64,000 bases of DNA from Fibrobacteria bacterium (GTDB taxonomy: Bacteria > Fibrobacterota > Fibrobacteria > UBA11236). Below are positions 6,238-15,858 of this stretch, piece by piece. A program made the translations under genes and the position numbers. Under the pieces are notes generated by a model that was given only the letters and a program-made list of their open reading frames with translations, searched no databases and was not told the origin of the DNA. The stretch's first letter is position 1, and the number at the start of each line of letters is the position of its first letter. The DNA lies in assembly GCA_043745805.1 (NCBI GenBank), contig JAYTSD010000046.1:1-64000 (forward strand). The letters run 5' to 3'.

Positions 6238-8754
6238 ATGGCATCGACACGGACAAACTTTCTGTATTTTTTAAGTTTTATTTTCGCATTTGGTTTGACT
6301 TATGAATCGATTCTGGCCCAAGTCGTCACGGTGGGTAAAGGGAGTTATACCACTGGATTACCGGCAGGTCGTAAAACACCACAGGATTCCTTAGGTGTGA
6401 CCGTCGATCCGCAAATCACTAGTGATTTTAATCAACCTGTGCAAAGCAATGAATGGTGGTCGTCCTTTTTATACAAGAGGGTGCCCGAAGCCCATCATAA
6501 CTCAGGAAAAAGTTATCCTCACCCATTGTCTATACGCGGGGCTCCTACTGGTCTGGAAATAGGCTATACGGCTACGGCTACGAGAGGGATGGATTGGGAA
6601 TGGGATTTTGCTGGCGGCACTTATGAATTTGGGCATTTGCCGGATTTGGTGGTGGGTGTGGAAGGACTTAATGTAAACCTGTCAAAAACCGCTAGTTATT
6701 CCGATTGGGCGGTGACTGCGGATTGGACGGATGGAGCCAAAAATTTACGCGCGACTATGGCTCATGGTTGCCCTTATGTGTTTTTTAAATTAACCGGAGG
6801 TAATGCCAAAGTTACCTTTACTGCGGCCCCCACTGTTTGGTTAAATGAAGGGGGTGTTTTAGGTGTTACCGTCAATGGACATGATTATGGCGTATTTGCT
6901 CCCACGGGATCAACTTGGACGGGAACCGGTAATGATCGCCTGACGAGTTTATCCGGCAAAAATTATTTGTCCGTGGGCTTATTGCCCGATGGATTATCTT
7001 CCGATGATTTGCGCAAACAAGCTTTAACTTTATTTAAAAGTCATGCGTATGCTTTTGTCACGAATACCAAAGTAGCTTGGAGTTATGATGAAAAAAATGC
7101 ATTAGTGAATAGTGTTTTTACTTCTACTACCGAGGTTAAAGAAGGAACCGAAACACAAACGTTACAGGCACTTTATCGACATCAATGGTTATACTGTGTG
7201 AATCCACTTACGAATTACACTTACACCTCTCCACGTGGCGTTATGAAGCTTTTTAATGGCAATGCTTTCACCACGAGTATGCCTTTTACGGGGATACTTC
7301 CCGTTTTTCCGGATAAGGGTTATGACAAGGCTGTCTTGGGCCAGTATATCAATGCGGAAACGGGATATAATATTTCTAATGGCGATACCTACAATGCGGG
7401 GAAAAGTTTAGGTCGTGTGGCTCAATTGGTTAACATTGCTGATCAATTAGGTAACACCGCAGCGCGTACAACCTTTATCAATAAATTAAAAGATCAATTA
7501 CAAAATTGGTTTACCGCCCAAGATGGAAAAAAAAGCCAAGTTTTTTATTATAGCCAAAAATGGAATACGCTTTTCGGTTACCCTGCTTCTTTTCATAGTG
7601 ATGATGAGATTAATGATCATCATTTTCATGCGGGTTATTTTATTATGGCCGCGGCCACCATTGCTAAATACGATCCCGATTGGGCAAGCCAAGCGAATTG
7701 GGGTGGTATGGTGGACATGGTGATTCGTGACGTGGCGAATTACGATGATGCGGATAAGCGTTTCCCTCATTTACGCAATTTCGATCCTTATGCGGGGCAT
7801 TCTTGGGCTCATGGCAGTGAATATTATGGACGAGGTAATAATCAAGAGTCCTCTTCCGAAGCAATGAATTTTCATACGGCACTTTATATGTGGGGCATGA
7901 ATACCAATAATAAAGCAGTTCGTGATTTGGCGATTTATATGTACACCACCGAAGCCTTAGCGGTGCAGCAATATTGGTTCGATGCGGATAAAACCGTGTT
8001 TCCTTCTTTATACCCTAATCCTTGCATAGGCCAACTTATGAGTAATGGCGGAACCTATCATACATTTTTTGGAGACTTGGCAAATTATATTCATCTCATC
8101 AATTTCTTGCCTTTAAACACGGGCTCGGTTTATTTGAGTCGCTATCCGGAAAACATTAAGAATAATATTGATTATATGTATAATCATCCTTTTCGCTTTC
8201 AAGGACATACGGGTACTTGGGATGATATTGCTTGGGGGACATTAGCTTTTGCGGATCCTCAAGCCGCGATGTCCCGTTTTGGCAATTTCAATGGGTATAG
8301 CGCCATGGATGGCGAAACTAAAGCGCATATTTACCACATGGTACAAAACCTCAATGCGATAGGTCGCTCGAATGCGAGTGTGCGTGCAGATGTACCCTCT
8401 TTTGGTGTCTTTGATAAAAACACTACCCGAACTTATGTGGCCTATAATCCCGATGATGTGGCACGTACGGTGAAGTTTACAGATGGTTTTTCTATGGTCG
8501 TTCCGGCAAAAACCATGCTTACAGGCTCGGGTATTGTGGGTTTGCAGAAGCATGATGCTAATAAATCGAAAAAATTATCCCTGCAATATGCTTTCGATTA
8601 TGATCAACTCAAAAGAGATTTGCAAAATAGGCAAAGCTTTACGATCTACACTGTACAAGGCGAAAGGCTATGGACCACTAAAAATGGTGATTTTCCTGCG
8701 CGGGAAATAATGGGTAATCGGTTGCTACTCATTAAACTCAACGAAGGTAATTAA
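6238..8754 (+). CDS. GH81 endo-1,3-beta-glucanase, secreted
   Basis: SNEWWSS, INDHHFHAGY, RNFDPYAGHSWAHG, NNQESSSEAMN catalytic motifs; signal peptide; short CTD-like tail. Confidence 0.92.
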   Translation: MASTRTNFLYFLSFIFAFGLTYESILAQVVTVGKGSYTTGLPAGRKTPQDSLGVTVDPQITSDFNQPVQSNEWWSSFLYKRVPEAHHNSGKSYPHPLSIRGAPTGLEIGYTATATRGMDWEWDFAGGTYEFGHLPDLVVGVEGLNVNLSKTASYSDWAVTADWTDGAKNLRATMAHGCPYVFFKLTGGNAKVTFTAAPTVWLNEGGVLGVTVNGHDYGVFAPTGSTWTGTGNDRLTSLSGKNYLSVGLLPDGLSSDDLRKQALTLFKSHAYAFVTNTKVAWSYDEKNALVNSVFTSTTEVKEGTETQTLQALYRHQWLYCVNPLTNYTYTSPRGVMKLFNGNAFTTSMPFTGILPVFPDKGYDKAVLGQYINAETGYNISNGDTYNAGKSLGRVAQLVNIADQLGNTAARTTFINKLKDQLQNWFTAQDGKKSQVFYYSQKWNTLFGYPASFHSDDEINDHHFHAGYFIMAAATIAKYDPDWASQANWGGMVDMVIRDVANYDDADKRFPHLRNFDPYAGHSWAHGSEYYGRGNNQESSSEAMNFHTALYMWGMNTNNKAVRDLAIYMYTTEALAVQQYWFDADKTVFPSLYPNPCIGQLMSNGGTYHTFFGDLANYIHLINFLPLNTGSVYLSRYPENIKNNIDYMYNHPFRFQGHTGTWDDIAWGTLAFADPQAAMSRFGNFNGYSAMDGETKAHIYHMVQNLNAIGRSNASVRADVPSFGVFDKNTTRTYVAYNPDDVARTVKFTDGFSMVVPAKTMLTGSGIVGLQKHDANKSKKLSLQYAFDYDQLKRDLQNRQSFTIYTVQGERLWTTKNGDFPAREIMGNRLLLIKLNEGN

Positions 8755-9466
8755 GCAATACCCAAAGACCATTACTGATAAAATGTAAAAGTAATAAGGG
8801 ATAAAGTGAATGCGTACATTGATATAGGCTTCCTAAAATCAAAGCACTTCCTCCGGCACTAAGGGCAAAAGCACCGGCACTAGGCCAAGGAATAATTTTT
8901 CCTCGATTCAATAAATTCAAAAAATGTCGCAACCCAAAAAATAAAACCATTACACAAATGGAAACGGCAAATCCAAATGTTTGTGTCCAAATATTTTGCA
9001 CATAAGCAAAATAAAACCATGATTCCCCTAAAGGTGCCCAAAGCAAAACATATAATCCAAATATGACTTCCGTTTGCGAAGGCTTCCATCGCCATCTTTG
9101 TTGTGCCTCATGCAGGGAATAATCAATGGCGGCACTGGGAGAATAAAAGGGTAGTTGTGATTTACCGATTTTTTTTAAAATGACTTTCTCATACAGAAAA
9201 AACCAAAACCCATGTTCCCAAATTAATAATAGAATCAAGGACGCAGTAATTTCTTTGCCGAAGGGAGCAAAAATATTTTTTAAATTCCCCCAAGGATGGA
9301 TTTGTGCAAGAGCCGGAATAATAAAGATTAAAGTTCCATAGAGTAGAAAAAATGGAGCCCATGGCGCGCGCGTGCTTTCCCAACAAGCCAATAATGTTAA
9401 GGCTATAAGTATTAATCCAATACCCCAAGGGTTTTGTAAGAAAGAAAGAAGAATGCCTGAATCCAT
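8738..9466 (-). CDS. CPBP (CAAX/Abi-type) intramembrane protease-like protein
   Basis: Multi-TM; APLGES (degenerate EExxxR), FGLRH and LLLHFISN motifs; start 9466 or 9490. Confidence 0.65.
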   Translation of the reverse strand: MDSGILLSFLQNPWGIGLILIALTLLACWESTRAPWAPFFLLYGTLIFIIPALAQIHPWGNLKNIFAPFGKEITASLILLLIWEHGFWFFLYEKVILKKIGKSQLPFYSPSAAIDYSLHEAQQRWRWKPSQTEVIFGLYVLLWAPLGESWFYFAYVQNIWTQTFGFAVSICVMVLFFGLRHFLNLLNRGKIIPWPSAGAFALSAGGSALILGSLYQCTHSLYPLLLLHFISNGLWVLLNYLR

Positions 9467-10796
9467 TTTACCTAATCTAGTAAAGGACATAACATTTCCG
9501 CATCTTCGCGAAAAAGCGATAAATGTTATGGCGGAGTTAGTTTCCGTTTATCAAAAGCAAAATACTTTTGGAAACCATTGTGAAATATTAGGAGGGCATG
9601 ATCCGTTATTTACTCTGGGGGATTGGGTTCGGTTATTTCGCTATATCCCTCGCTTACGCAAAGATTTAGTATTGGGATTTATTTGGAATACTATAACCTC
9701 GCGTAAACCTTCCATTGGATTTTGCGCTTCTTTTACTCCCGGCAAGCGCTATAATTTTTTTCATCGTTCCTTTTGTGATCTTATGATTTGGGAAGCCATG
9801 GCCCGATCGAAAGAACAATTCAATATCGAGTGGTCAGAGGATTTATTCACTAGTATAAATAGTAATCTTTCATTATTAGCAAATAATGGTCGCCCGATGA
9901 AGTTTCAAGGCGAACCTTTAAATTTGTTTTCGTATTATCCCAGCCGAGATCATTTGATCGAGCCTTCCAACCCTGCTTATGCGCATTTTAATTCTTGGGA
10001 TGCCAATGTTCCGGATAATGATTCTACTTGCATTATACTTTCGGCTCTGAATGTGATTATCGAAAATTATCCTTCTGCAAAAAAGTTTTATCCGCATTCC
10101 GCCAAGGACAAAAAACGTCATCTCGAATTAATGAAAGCGCATATTTATCGGGAAGGGGTTTTTGCAAAAGAATCTTTGAGTTATGAAAATGGGGCGCAGG
10201 ATCAAGATAGCGGCGTATTAACTTGGATTTTCGATAAGCATAATGAATTGGATCCAACTAGTAATATCAATATGCTCAATTATTTATTGCAAATTTGGCT
10301 GCAAGATGAATTTCAGGAAGATTCTGAGTTTTTGATGCAGAAAATTTTTGCTTTTTTATTACTACATATTCGTACGCAAATATTTTGGAATACGCGCTTC
10401 CAACAATATTATCCCTTGGGAGCCACTTATTATTTTTGGTATCGATTGATTAAAACTTATGCGCAATCAAATCGGTGGCCCAAGTTTATACAGCAGGCGA
10501 TTGAGGAAATAGAAAAGGCTTTTGAGGAAAAAGCGAAGACTGTATTTGTGAACGGGCAAGAAAGCTATAATGTGAATGATTGGCTAAGCGCCGCACCGTG
10601 GATGCTACATAAATCTTTATTGCCGCAATCCTTGTGTGCCCAATTGTTAGCGGAAGACTTTTTAGTCGTAAATTTTAAGAAAAACGCTTTCGAAATATTC
10701 CATTTATTATACCCTTCCAAAATAATTTGCGTGGCCGAAAAAATGCCTTATGCCTGCTATCTTGATGCTTTAGGGGAAATTATTAAGCATTCATAA
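9453..10796 (+). CDS. Hypothetical (alpha/alpha)-barrel protein resembling the class II terpene cyclase beta-domain
   Basis: PDNDST (DxDDT-like), GVLTW..NELDPTSNINMLNYL and YYP..TYYFWYRL motifs; start uncertain (9453 or 9528). Confidence 0.5.
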   Translation: MPESILPNLVKDITFPHLREKAINVMAELVSVYQKQNTFGNHCEILGGHDPLFTLGDWVRLFRYIPRLRKDLVLGFIWNTITSRKPSIGFCASFTPGKRYNFFHRSFCDLMIWEAMARSKEQFNIEWSEDLFTSINSNLSLLANNGRPMKFQGEPLNLFSYYPSRDHLIEPSNPAYAHFNSWDANVPDNDSTCIILSALNVIIENYPSAKKFYPHSAKDKKRHLELMKAHIYREGVFAKESLSYENGAQDQDSGVLTWIFDKHNELDPTSNINMLNYLLQIWLQDEFQEDSEFLMQKIFAFLLLHIRTQIFWNTRFQQYYPLGATYYFWYRLIKTYAQSNRWPKFIQQAIEEIEKAFEEKAKTVFVNGQESYNVNDWLSAAPWMLHKSLLPQSLCAQLLAEDFLVVNFKKNAFEIFHLLYPSKIICVAEKMPYACYLDALGEIIKHS

Positions 10797-10929
10797 CTAG
10801 GAATAAGTGGTTGATAAGTCTGTGGAAAGATGTTTATTTATTGTTAAAGTGTTGAAATCAATCAAATTAAGGTGGTATTCTTTGGAAAAATAGTTGATAG
10901 ATTCGCTGAACCTCGGCTGAGACCTAGAG

Positions 10930-12744
10930 ATGATTATTATACTCCAAATTCTTTGTTCTTTTCTTTTTGCCACGGGCTTGCTATTTACCCTAATTGATTT
11001 GCGCGCTAAGTACGACCCTTCTTTCCGTTATTTTGGGCTATCCTTAATTTTACTTTCGTCCATGGCTGCCATTGATTTACGAGGCACACCCAGTGCTACC
11101 AATATCGAGGAAAAATTATATTGGGCGCGCGTACTTCATGTTTTGGTTTGTTTCTTTTTCCCATTTTCTTTAAACTCGTTAATTCACATTACCAAATGGA
11201 AAAAAACTTGGTTATTGAATGGACTTATTTTTCTTTCAGCTGTTTCCCTTCCTCTTATTTTTACGCGACAAATGCTTACTGTGAATCATGATAAAGTGAT
11301 GGGTGGCACATTGTACTATTTGATTTTTTTTCCTTTTGCTTTTTATTATATCGCCGCCGCAAATTATTTAATTATACGAAGCTTGATTTATTCTCAAGGA
11401 CAAGAACGAAAAATTATGGCTATGCATTTAGTGGGATTTTTAGTTTTATGTTTTTTTGGTGTGCTCGATATGACCGTGGTTTTAAATCCTGCCGCCTTAC
11501 TCATTCCTAATTATAAAATTATTGGGATATTAGTATTTGGAATTGTGGCCGCGCAAATTTTCACGGAACGATTTTTGATGTTACTTAAAGATAGAACGAA
11601 TACCTTTAGCAAATTGGAAGAAGCTTATAAAGATTTGGAACAAGCTAATGCCTTAAGGCAGCTGGGACAATCCACTGCCATGATTAATCATGAGATTAAA
11701 AATTATATGTTCATGATATCGGGCAATGCACAGCTCCTGCAAGCCATGGAAAATTTATCCCATAAGGGTGAAGAATTAGTGAGTAATATTGTGAGTTCGG
11801 TAGAACGCTTAAGTCATTTTAGCGAAGACATTTTAGAAATGTCAAAAACCCAAATCATAAAAGAAAAGCATCCTGTTAATATTTATAGCCTTATTACCAA
11901 TACTATAAGTAAGCATTTGTACAAATACGAAAAATATTTTCAGATGGAAAAAAGTTCAGAAGATATTTTTTTCCACGGCGACTGGGAAAAGTTAGAACAT
12001 GTATTTTTAAACCTCTTTAAGAATAGTATTGAAGCTTCACTTCCGAGTAACATTTCCATTCGCATCAAAATTGAAGCCGCGGAAAGTATTTTGTTGGTGA
12101 GTATTGAAGATGATGGTGTCGGTTGTGATGAAAAACAAATGGAAAATATTTTCGAAGCTTTTTATACCACTAAAAAAGACACCGGAGGTTCGGGTTTAGG
12201 CTTATCCATAACGCGTAGCATAATTGAAAATCATGGTGGAAAAATTAGCGCCTATTCCAAAAATCTAGGAAAACAAGGCGAAAGAGGATTGCGTATGATG
12301 ATTACCATTCCTATTTTCGAAAAAGAATTGCAAAGCTGGAATGAGAAATATCCAATTGTAGTGATTAAAGATGGCATGGAAAATTTACCGAGTTTAATTC
12401 GCGTTTTCCAAAATGTGCGTGTTACCCCATACTTATTTCAACATTCCGAGGAAATGGATAAGCATAAATTTCCTCCCGAAAAGATCACAGTATTTTTGAG
12501 TACTTCCGCAGCGGCGAAGCAATTTGCTGCGATATCGGACTATAAAAAAGTAATTTTAGTTTCCAATCACAAGAAAAATCTTTATGTGCTGGATAATAAA
12601 CCGGACGCGATTCCAGAAATATTTTCGGAACAATTTATTCTAGAATATCTAGCCAAGGAACATAATGCTCCTAAAGCTGCGATGCCGAAACAAGTGACTC
12701 GTAAAAAAATATTACGAGCTTCAGCGGCCACCCAAAAAAGATAA
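10930..12744 (+). CDS. Membrane sensor histidine kinase (about 7 TM N-terminus)
   Basis: H-box INHEIKN, N-box FLNLFKNS, G1 EDDGVG, F-box IFEAFYTTK, G2 GSGLGLSI. Confidence 0.9.
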   Translation: MIIILQILCSFLFATGLLFTLIDLRAKYDPSFRYFGLSLILLSSMAAIDLRGTPSATNIEEKLYWARVLHVLVCFFFPFSLNSLIHITKWKKTWLLNGLIFLSAVSLPLIFTRQMLTVNHDKVMGGTLYYLIFFPFAFYYIAAANYLIIRSLIYSQGQERKIMAMHLVGFLVLCFFGVLDMTVVLNPAALLIPNYKIIGILVFGIVAAQIFTERFLMLLKDRTNTFSKLEEAYKDLEQANALRQLGQSTAMINHEIKNYMFMISGNAQLLQAMENLSHKGEELVSNIVSSVERLSHFSEDILEMSKTQIIKEKHPVNIYSLITNTISKHLYKYEKYFQMEKSSEDIFFHGDWEKLEHVFLNLFKNSIEASLPSNISIRIKIEAAESILLVSIEDDGVGCDEKQMENIFEAFYTTKKDTGGSGLGLSITRSIIENHGGKISAYSKNLGKQGERGLRMMITIPIFEKELQSWNEKYPIVVIKDGMENLPSLIRVFQNVRVTPYLFQHSEEMDKHKFPPEKITVFLSTSAAAKQFAAISDYKKVILVSNHKKNLYVLDNKPDAIPEIFSEQFILEYLAKEHNAPKAAMPKQVTRKKILRASAATQKR

Positions 12745-13614
12745 CGCAAAAAGACCACCTGCATAAATTAATAAATCAGCTTCTGCCAAAAAATCAAGCG
12801 TAGCTTGCGTGAGCTTTTCTTTTTGATGCGCGATAAGATATATAAAGGGATAGCCACCCATGCCACATAAAAAAATTGCATGTTTAATATCAATAATTTT
12901 TAAAAACAATAATACGGGTATGCATCCTAGCCACAATAAATTAATGCTATACAGAAAACGATAACTGTTCTTTAAACCGAATACAGTGGGTACCGTTTTA
13001 ATTTCTGCCATGCGATCTCCAATTTCATCACGAATATCATCAAACAGGGTATTGTTTAACGTGGATAAAAAAAAGCTAAGGGCGAGTATATAAAGTACTG
13101 TCGTTCCAGACTCGTATCGACTAGCATGAATCATGGGAATCGCAAAAATTGCGGAACCCCAAAGAAAGGCTACGGTAAAGTTTTTAAGAAAAAGAATATT
13201 CTTAATCCTTAAAAATACTAAGCCTTTGCCCCTTTGATACCAAGGGATAAGATAAAAGGAATAGAGTGTGCCTACGCTCGCAAGCAGGAGATAAAAAAAG
13301 TTTAACTTTCCAGCTAAAAGCAAAAGTACAAGGCTTAATCCCATGGCCCCAACACTAATTTTAAAAATATAACGGGTCTTAGAAAAGAACAAAGCTCTTT
13401 TAATATCGGTGGTAAAATCTTCCCGCATATCGGTATAGCGATTCATGGCATAGACAGAAAAAACAATTAACATGAAGGTTCCGCCCGCCATCCAGCTAAA
13501 AGGCTCATTCATATAGCGCTCTACGGCGAATACGCAGAATAATCCCATGGCGGATAAATAAAGTAAAAAAAATAGGGGCTTGATTTGGTTGAGCATATGC
13601 TTGAGTGGAAACAT
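12721..13614 (-). CDS. UbiA-family prenyltransferase
   Basis: NRYTDMRED and FDDIRDEIGD..IKTVP aspartate-rich motifs; multi-TM. Confidence 0.85.
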   Translation of the reverse strand: MFPLKHMLNQIKPLFFLLYLSAMGLFCVFAVERYMNEPFSWMAGGTFMLIVFSVYAMNRYTDMREDFTTDIKRALFFSKTRYIFKISVGAMGLSLVLLLLAGKLNFFYLLLASVGTLYSFYLIPWYQRGKGLVFLRIKNILFLKNFTVAFLWGSAIFAIPMIHASRYESGTTVLYILALSFFLSTLNNTLFDDIRDEIGDRMAEIKTVPTVFGLKNSYRFLYSINLLWLGCIPVLLFLKIIDIKHAIFLCGMGGYPFIYLIAHQKEKLTQATLDFLAEADLLIYAGGLFALSFLGGR

Positions 13615-13876
13615 CTTTTACTCCTAGGATACGTTACTTTTAAGTTACCTATGTCATTTCAAGAAGGTAAAATAATACTTATCCTATAAATTAATCGATC
13701 AAGAAAAAAAACCAACATCAAATCTTGGAAAAAATTTCGACAAACTGGGACATTATTTGCATCCGCCTATGATCGTAAACGCGAGGCCGACATAAAAAAA
13801 GGCATGAGTAAATGTAAAGTAGTGTGATCGGACTTTAATTGTAATTTGTGGTAGAGTATTGTGAAGTTAAGGCCAG

Positions 13877-13911
13877 AAAAAAATAGGTCACTTTCAATTT
13901 AGAAAGCGACC
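13877..13911 (-). terminator. Intrinsic terminator after HTH gene
   Basis: Minus strand ggtcgctttc-taaatt-gaaagtgacc followed by tattttttt. Confidence 0.7.
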
Positions 13912-13946
13912 AAATTAAATTCTAAAGAATAGCTATAAGATGATTG

Positions 13947-14423
13947 CTATTCTTTTTCGTTTAATTGCATTTCAACACTATGGCGTGCTAAGCCTGCTTT
14001 GCGTTTGTTATACCTTTGCAATAAGCGATACACATAGGCTACCGAAACATTTTGACCGACAGTTTGTAAAACCAAAGGCATTAATTCTTTGGCCTTAGAA
14101 ACTTGGCCTTGCGCTATTTGGGTTTGCAATTCTTTAACTAAATTCTTTTCTTGTTCAACGCTGAGATAGGCTTTGCGGCGACCACCGCGCCCAATTCTTT
14201 CCAGGCCTGCAGGACCTCCTTCATTGAATTGCTTAATCCAAAGCCAAACCGCTTGTTTACTGATCTGTAACATTTCGGCGACTTTATGAGCATGAAAGGG
14301 TCCAACTTTAGTTAACCATATTGCGAGTCGTTTTTGATAGGAATCCAAATCGGCCGCCTTGCGCACCCATTCGCCCATATCTTCCATCGACATCCATTCC
14401 TGAATTTGTGAAGGTTTTTTCAT
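13947..14423 (-). CDS. HTH/winged-HTH protein related to the IS630 transposase N-terminus (no DDE domain)
   Basis: VAEMLQISKQAVWLWIKQFNEGGPAGL..GRGGRR..LS..QE..VYRLLQR pattern of IS630/Tc1 DNA-binding regions. Confidence 0.75.
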   Translation of the reverse strand: MKKPSQIQEWMSMEDMGEWVRKAADLDSYQKRLAIWLTKVGPFHAHKVAEMLQISKQAVWLWIKQFNEGGPAGLERIGRGGRRKAYLSVEQEKNLVKELQTQIAQGQVSKAKELMPLVLQTVGQNVSVAYVYRLLQRYNKRKAGLARHSVEMQLNEKE

Positions 14424-14548
14424 ATGCTTTTAATTCTAGCATAGCTATAATTTTGAAATCCAGTTTTTATTTAAAAAAGATTAATACGAAAATCATGGTA
14501 ATTTTTTACAGGGAAAATTAAAATCCATGTAAAATCCAAGGAACCATT

Positions 14549-15244
14549 TTGAATTATTCTTCACATTTACCGTATTCCGAAATCTTCATACGCATAGGAG
14601 TTGCTCTCTTTGCAAGTTTATTACTCGGGTTTGAACGCGAAGGACATGGGCGCTCAGCGGGATTGAAAACCACCATTTTAGTGTGCGTGTCTTCAACGAT
14701 GGCCATGATTCTTTCCGAACATTTTTACCTCGAAAGCTTAAATATGCCTGGAGTATTTCGCCCCGATAGAGCGCGTTTAGCCGCTGGTATCTTAACGGGC
14801 ATAGGGTTTTTGGGAGGCGGTGCCATTTTACGTCAAGGGAATGCGGTTCGAGGGGTTACTACGGCCGCGGTACTATGGTTTGTAACCATACTGGGATTAA
14901 CCATTGGCAGCGGACATATTATTTTGGGCGCTATGGGAACCGGCATAGCCTTAATTACCCTATATGCCTTACCTTTGGTAGAGAAAAACATTAAACGCGA
15001 CAATTATGCCATGCTTACGGTAACGGTAAAATTAGACGGCATTGCTGAAAATGAAATTAAATCACGAATTGAAACGGCAGGTGTAAAATTAATTGGGATG
15101 AATTTTGAATACGATTTACAAAACAGTCAAAAAATTTTGCATTTCCAATTAAAGTTTCGTGAAGGGAATGTTTTTTCGTTATCCCAACAAGTGGCGAATA
15201 TATTAGTGAAATGCTCGGGAATTAGTATGGTGAAATGGCATTAA
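14549..15244 (+). CDS. MgtC/SapB family membrane protein
   Basis: GFERE..AGLKT, RLAAGILTGIGFLGGGAI, VRGVTTAA motifs. Confidence 0.92.
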   Translation: MNYSSHLPYSEIFIRIGVALFASLLLGFEREGHGRSAGLKTTILVCVSSTMAMILSEHFYLESLNMPGVFRPDRARLAAGILTGIGFLGGGAILRQGNAVRGVTTAAVLWFVTILGLTIGSGHIILGAMGTGIALITLYALPLVEKNIKRDNYAMLTVTVKLDGIAENEIKSRIETAGVKLIGMNFEYDLQNSQKILHFQLKFREGNVFSLSQQVANILVKCSGISMVKWH

Positions 15245-15378
15245 TCGCAGTGAAATAGACCCTCGAACTTACTGCAATCCAATATAGACGGACCTCTTAG
15301 GACTGAGTAAATTTGCTCGCATTGAAGGGCTAATGCTAAAATACGCAGACGCTTCTTCTTCATGAGGATAGTTTTACC

Positions 15379-15858
15379 ATGAGTGAAAAAGAAAAAGTGA
15401 TTATTTACGCCGATGGCGCTTGCCTTGGCAATCCTGGGCCCGGTGGATATGGGGTAGTTTTGCTTTGTCAAGAACATCGCAAAGAGCTTTATGTGGGGTT
15501 TAAACGGACTACTAACAATCGCATGGAATTATGGGGCGCTATTGCCGGTTTAGAAAGCTTGAAGCGTAGCAGTAATGTTACCGTGCATACCGATTCGCAA
15601 TATGTAGTAAATGGGATTATGAAGGGCTGGGCGCAAAAATGGAAACAAAATCGTTGGATTAAAAGCGATAAACAAAAGGCCTTAAATTCTGATTTATGGG
15701 AAAAACTGCTATCTTTGTGTTTAGAGCATAAGGTGGAATTCGTATGGGTAAAAGGCCATGCGGGAGATATTGAAAATGAACGCTGCGATGTACTGGCTAA
15801 GCAGGCTGCCGAAGGTCAAGGCTTGCAGGTCGATACGATATATGAAAGAGGCATTTAA
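15379..15858 (+). CDS. rnhA: Ribonuclease HI
   Basis: DGACLGNPGPGG, TTNNRMEL, TDSQYV, WVKGHAG, NERCD. Confidence 0.97.
   Translation: MSEKEKVIIYADGACLGNPGPGGYGVVLLCQEHRKELYVGFKRTTNNRMELWGAIAGLESLKRSSNVTVHTDSQYVVNGIMKGWAQKWKQNRWIKSDKQKALNSDLWEKLLSLCLEHKVEFVWVKGHAGDIENERCDVLAKQAAEGQGLQVDTIYERGI

Noticed and set aside
13740..13810. Tiny ORFs between UbiA and the HTH gene as a prenylated peptide precursor
   Set aside because: Only 8-12 codons, no clear RBS, and no Trp or CaaX-type acceptor.
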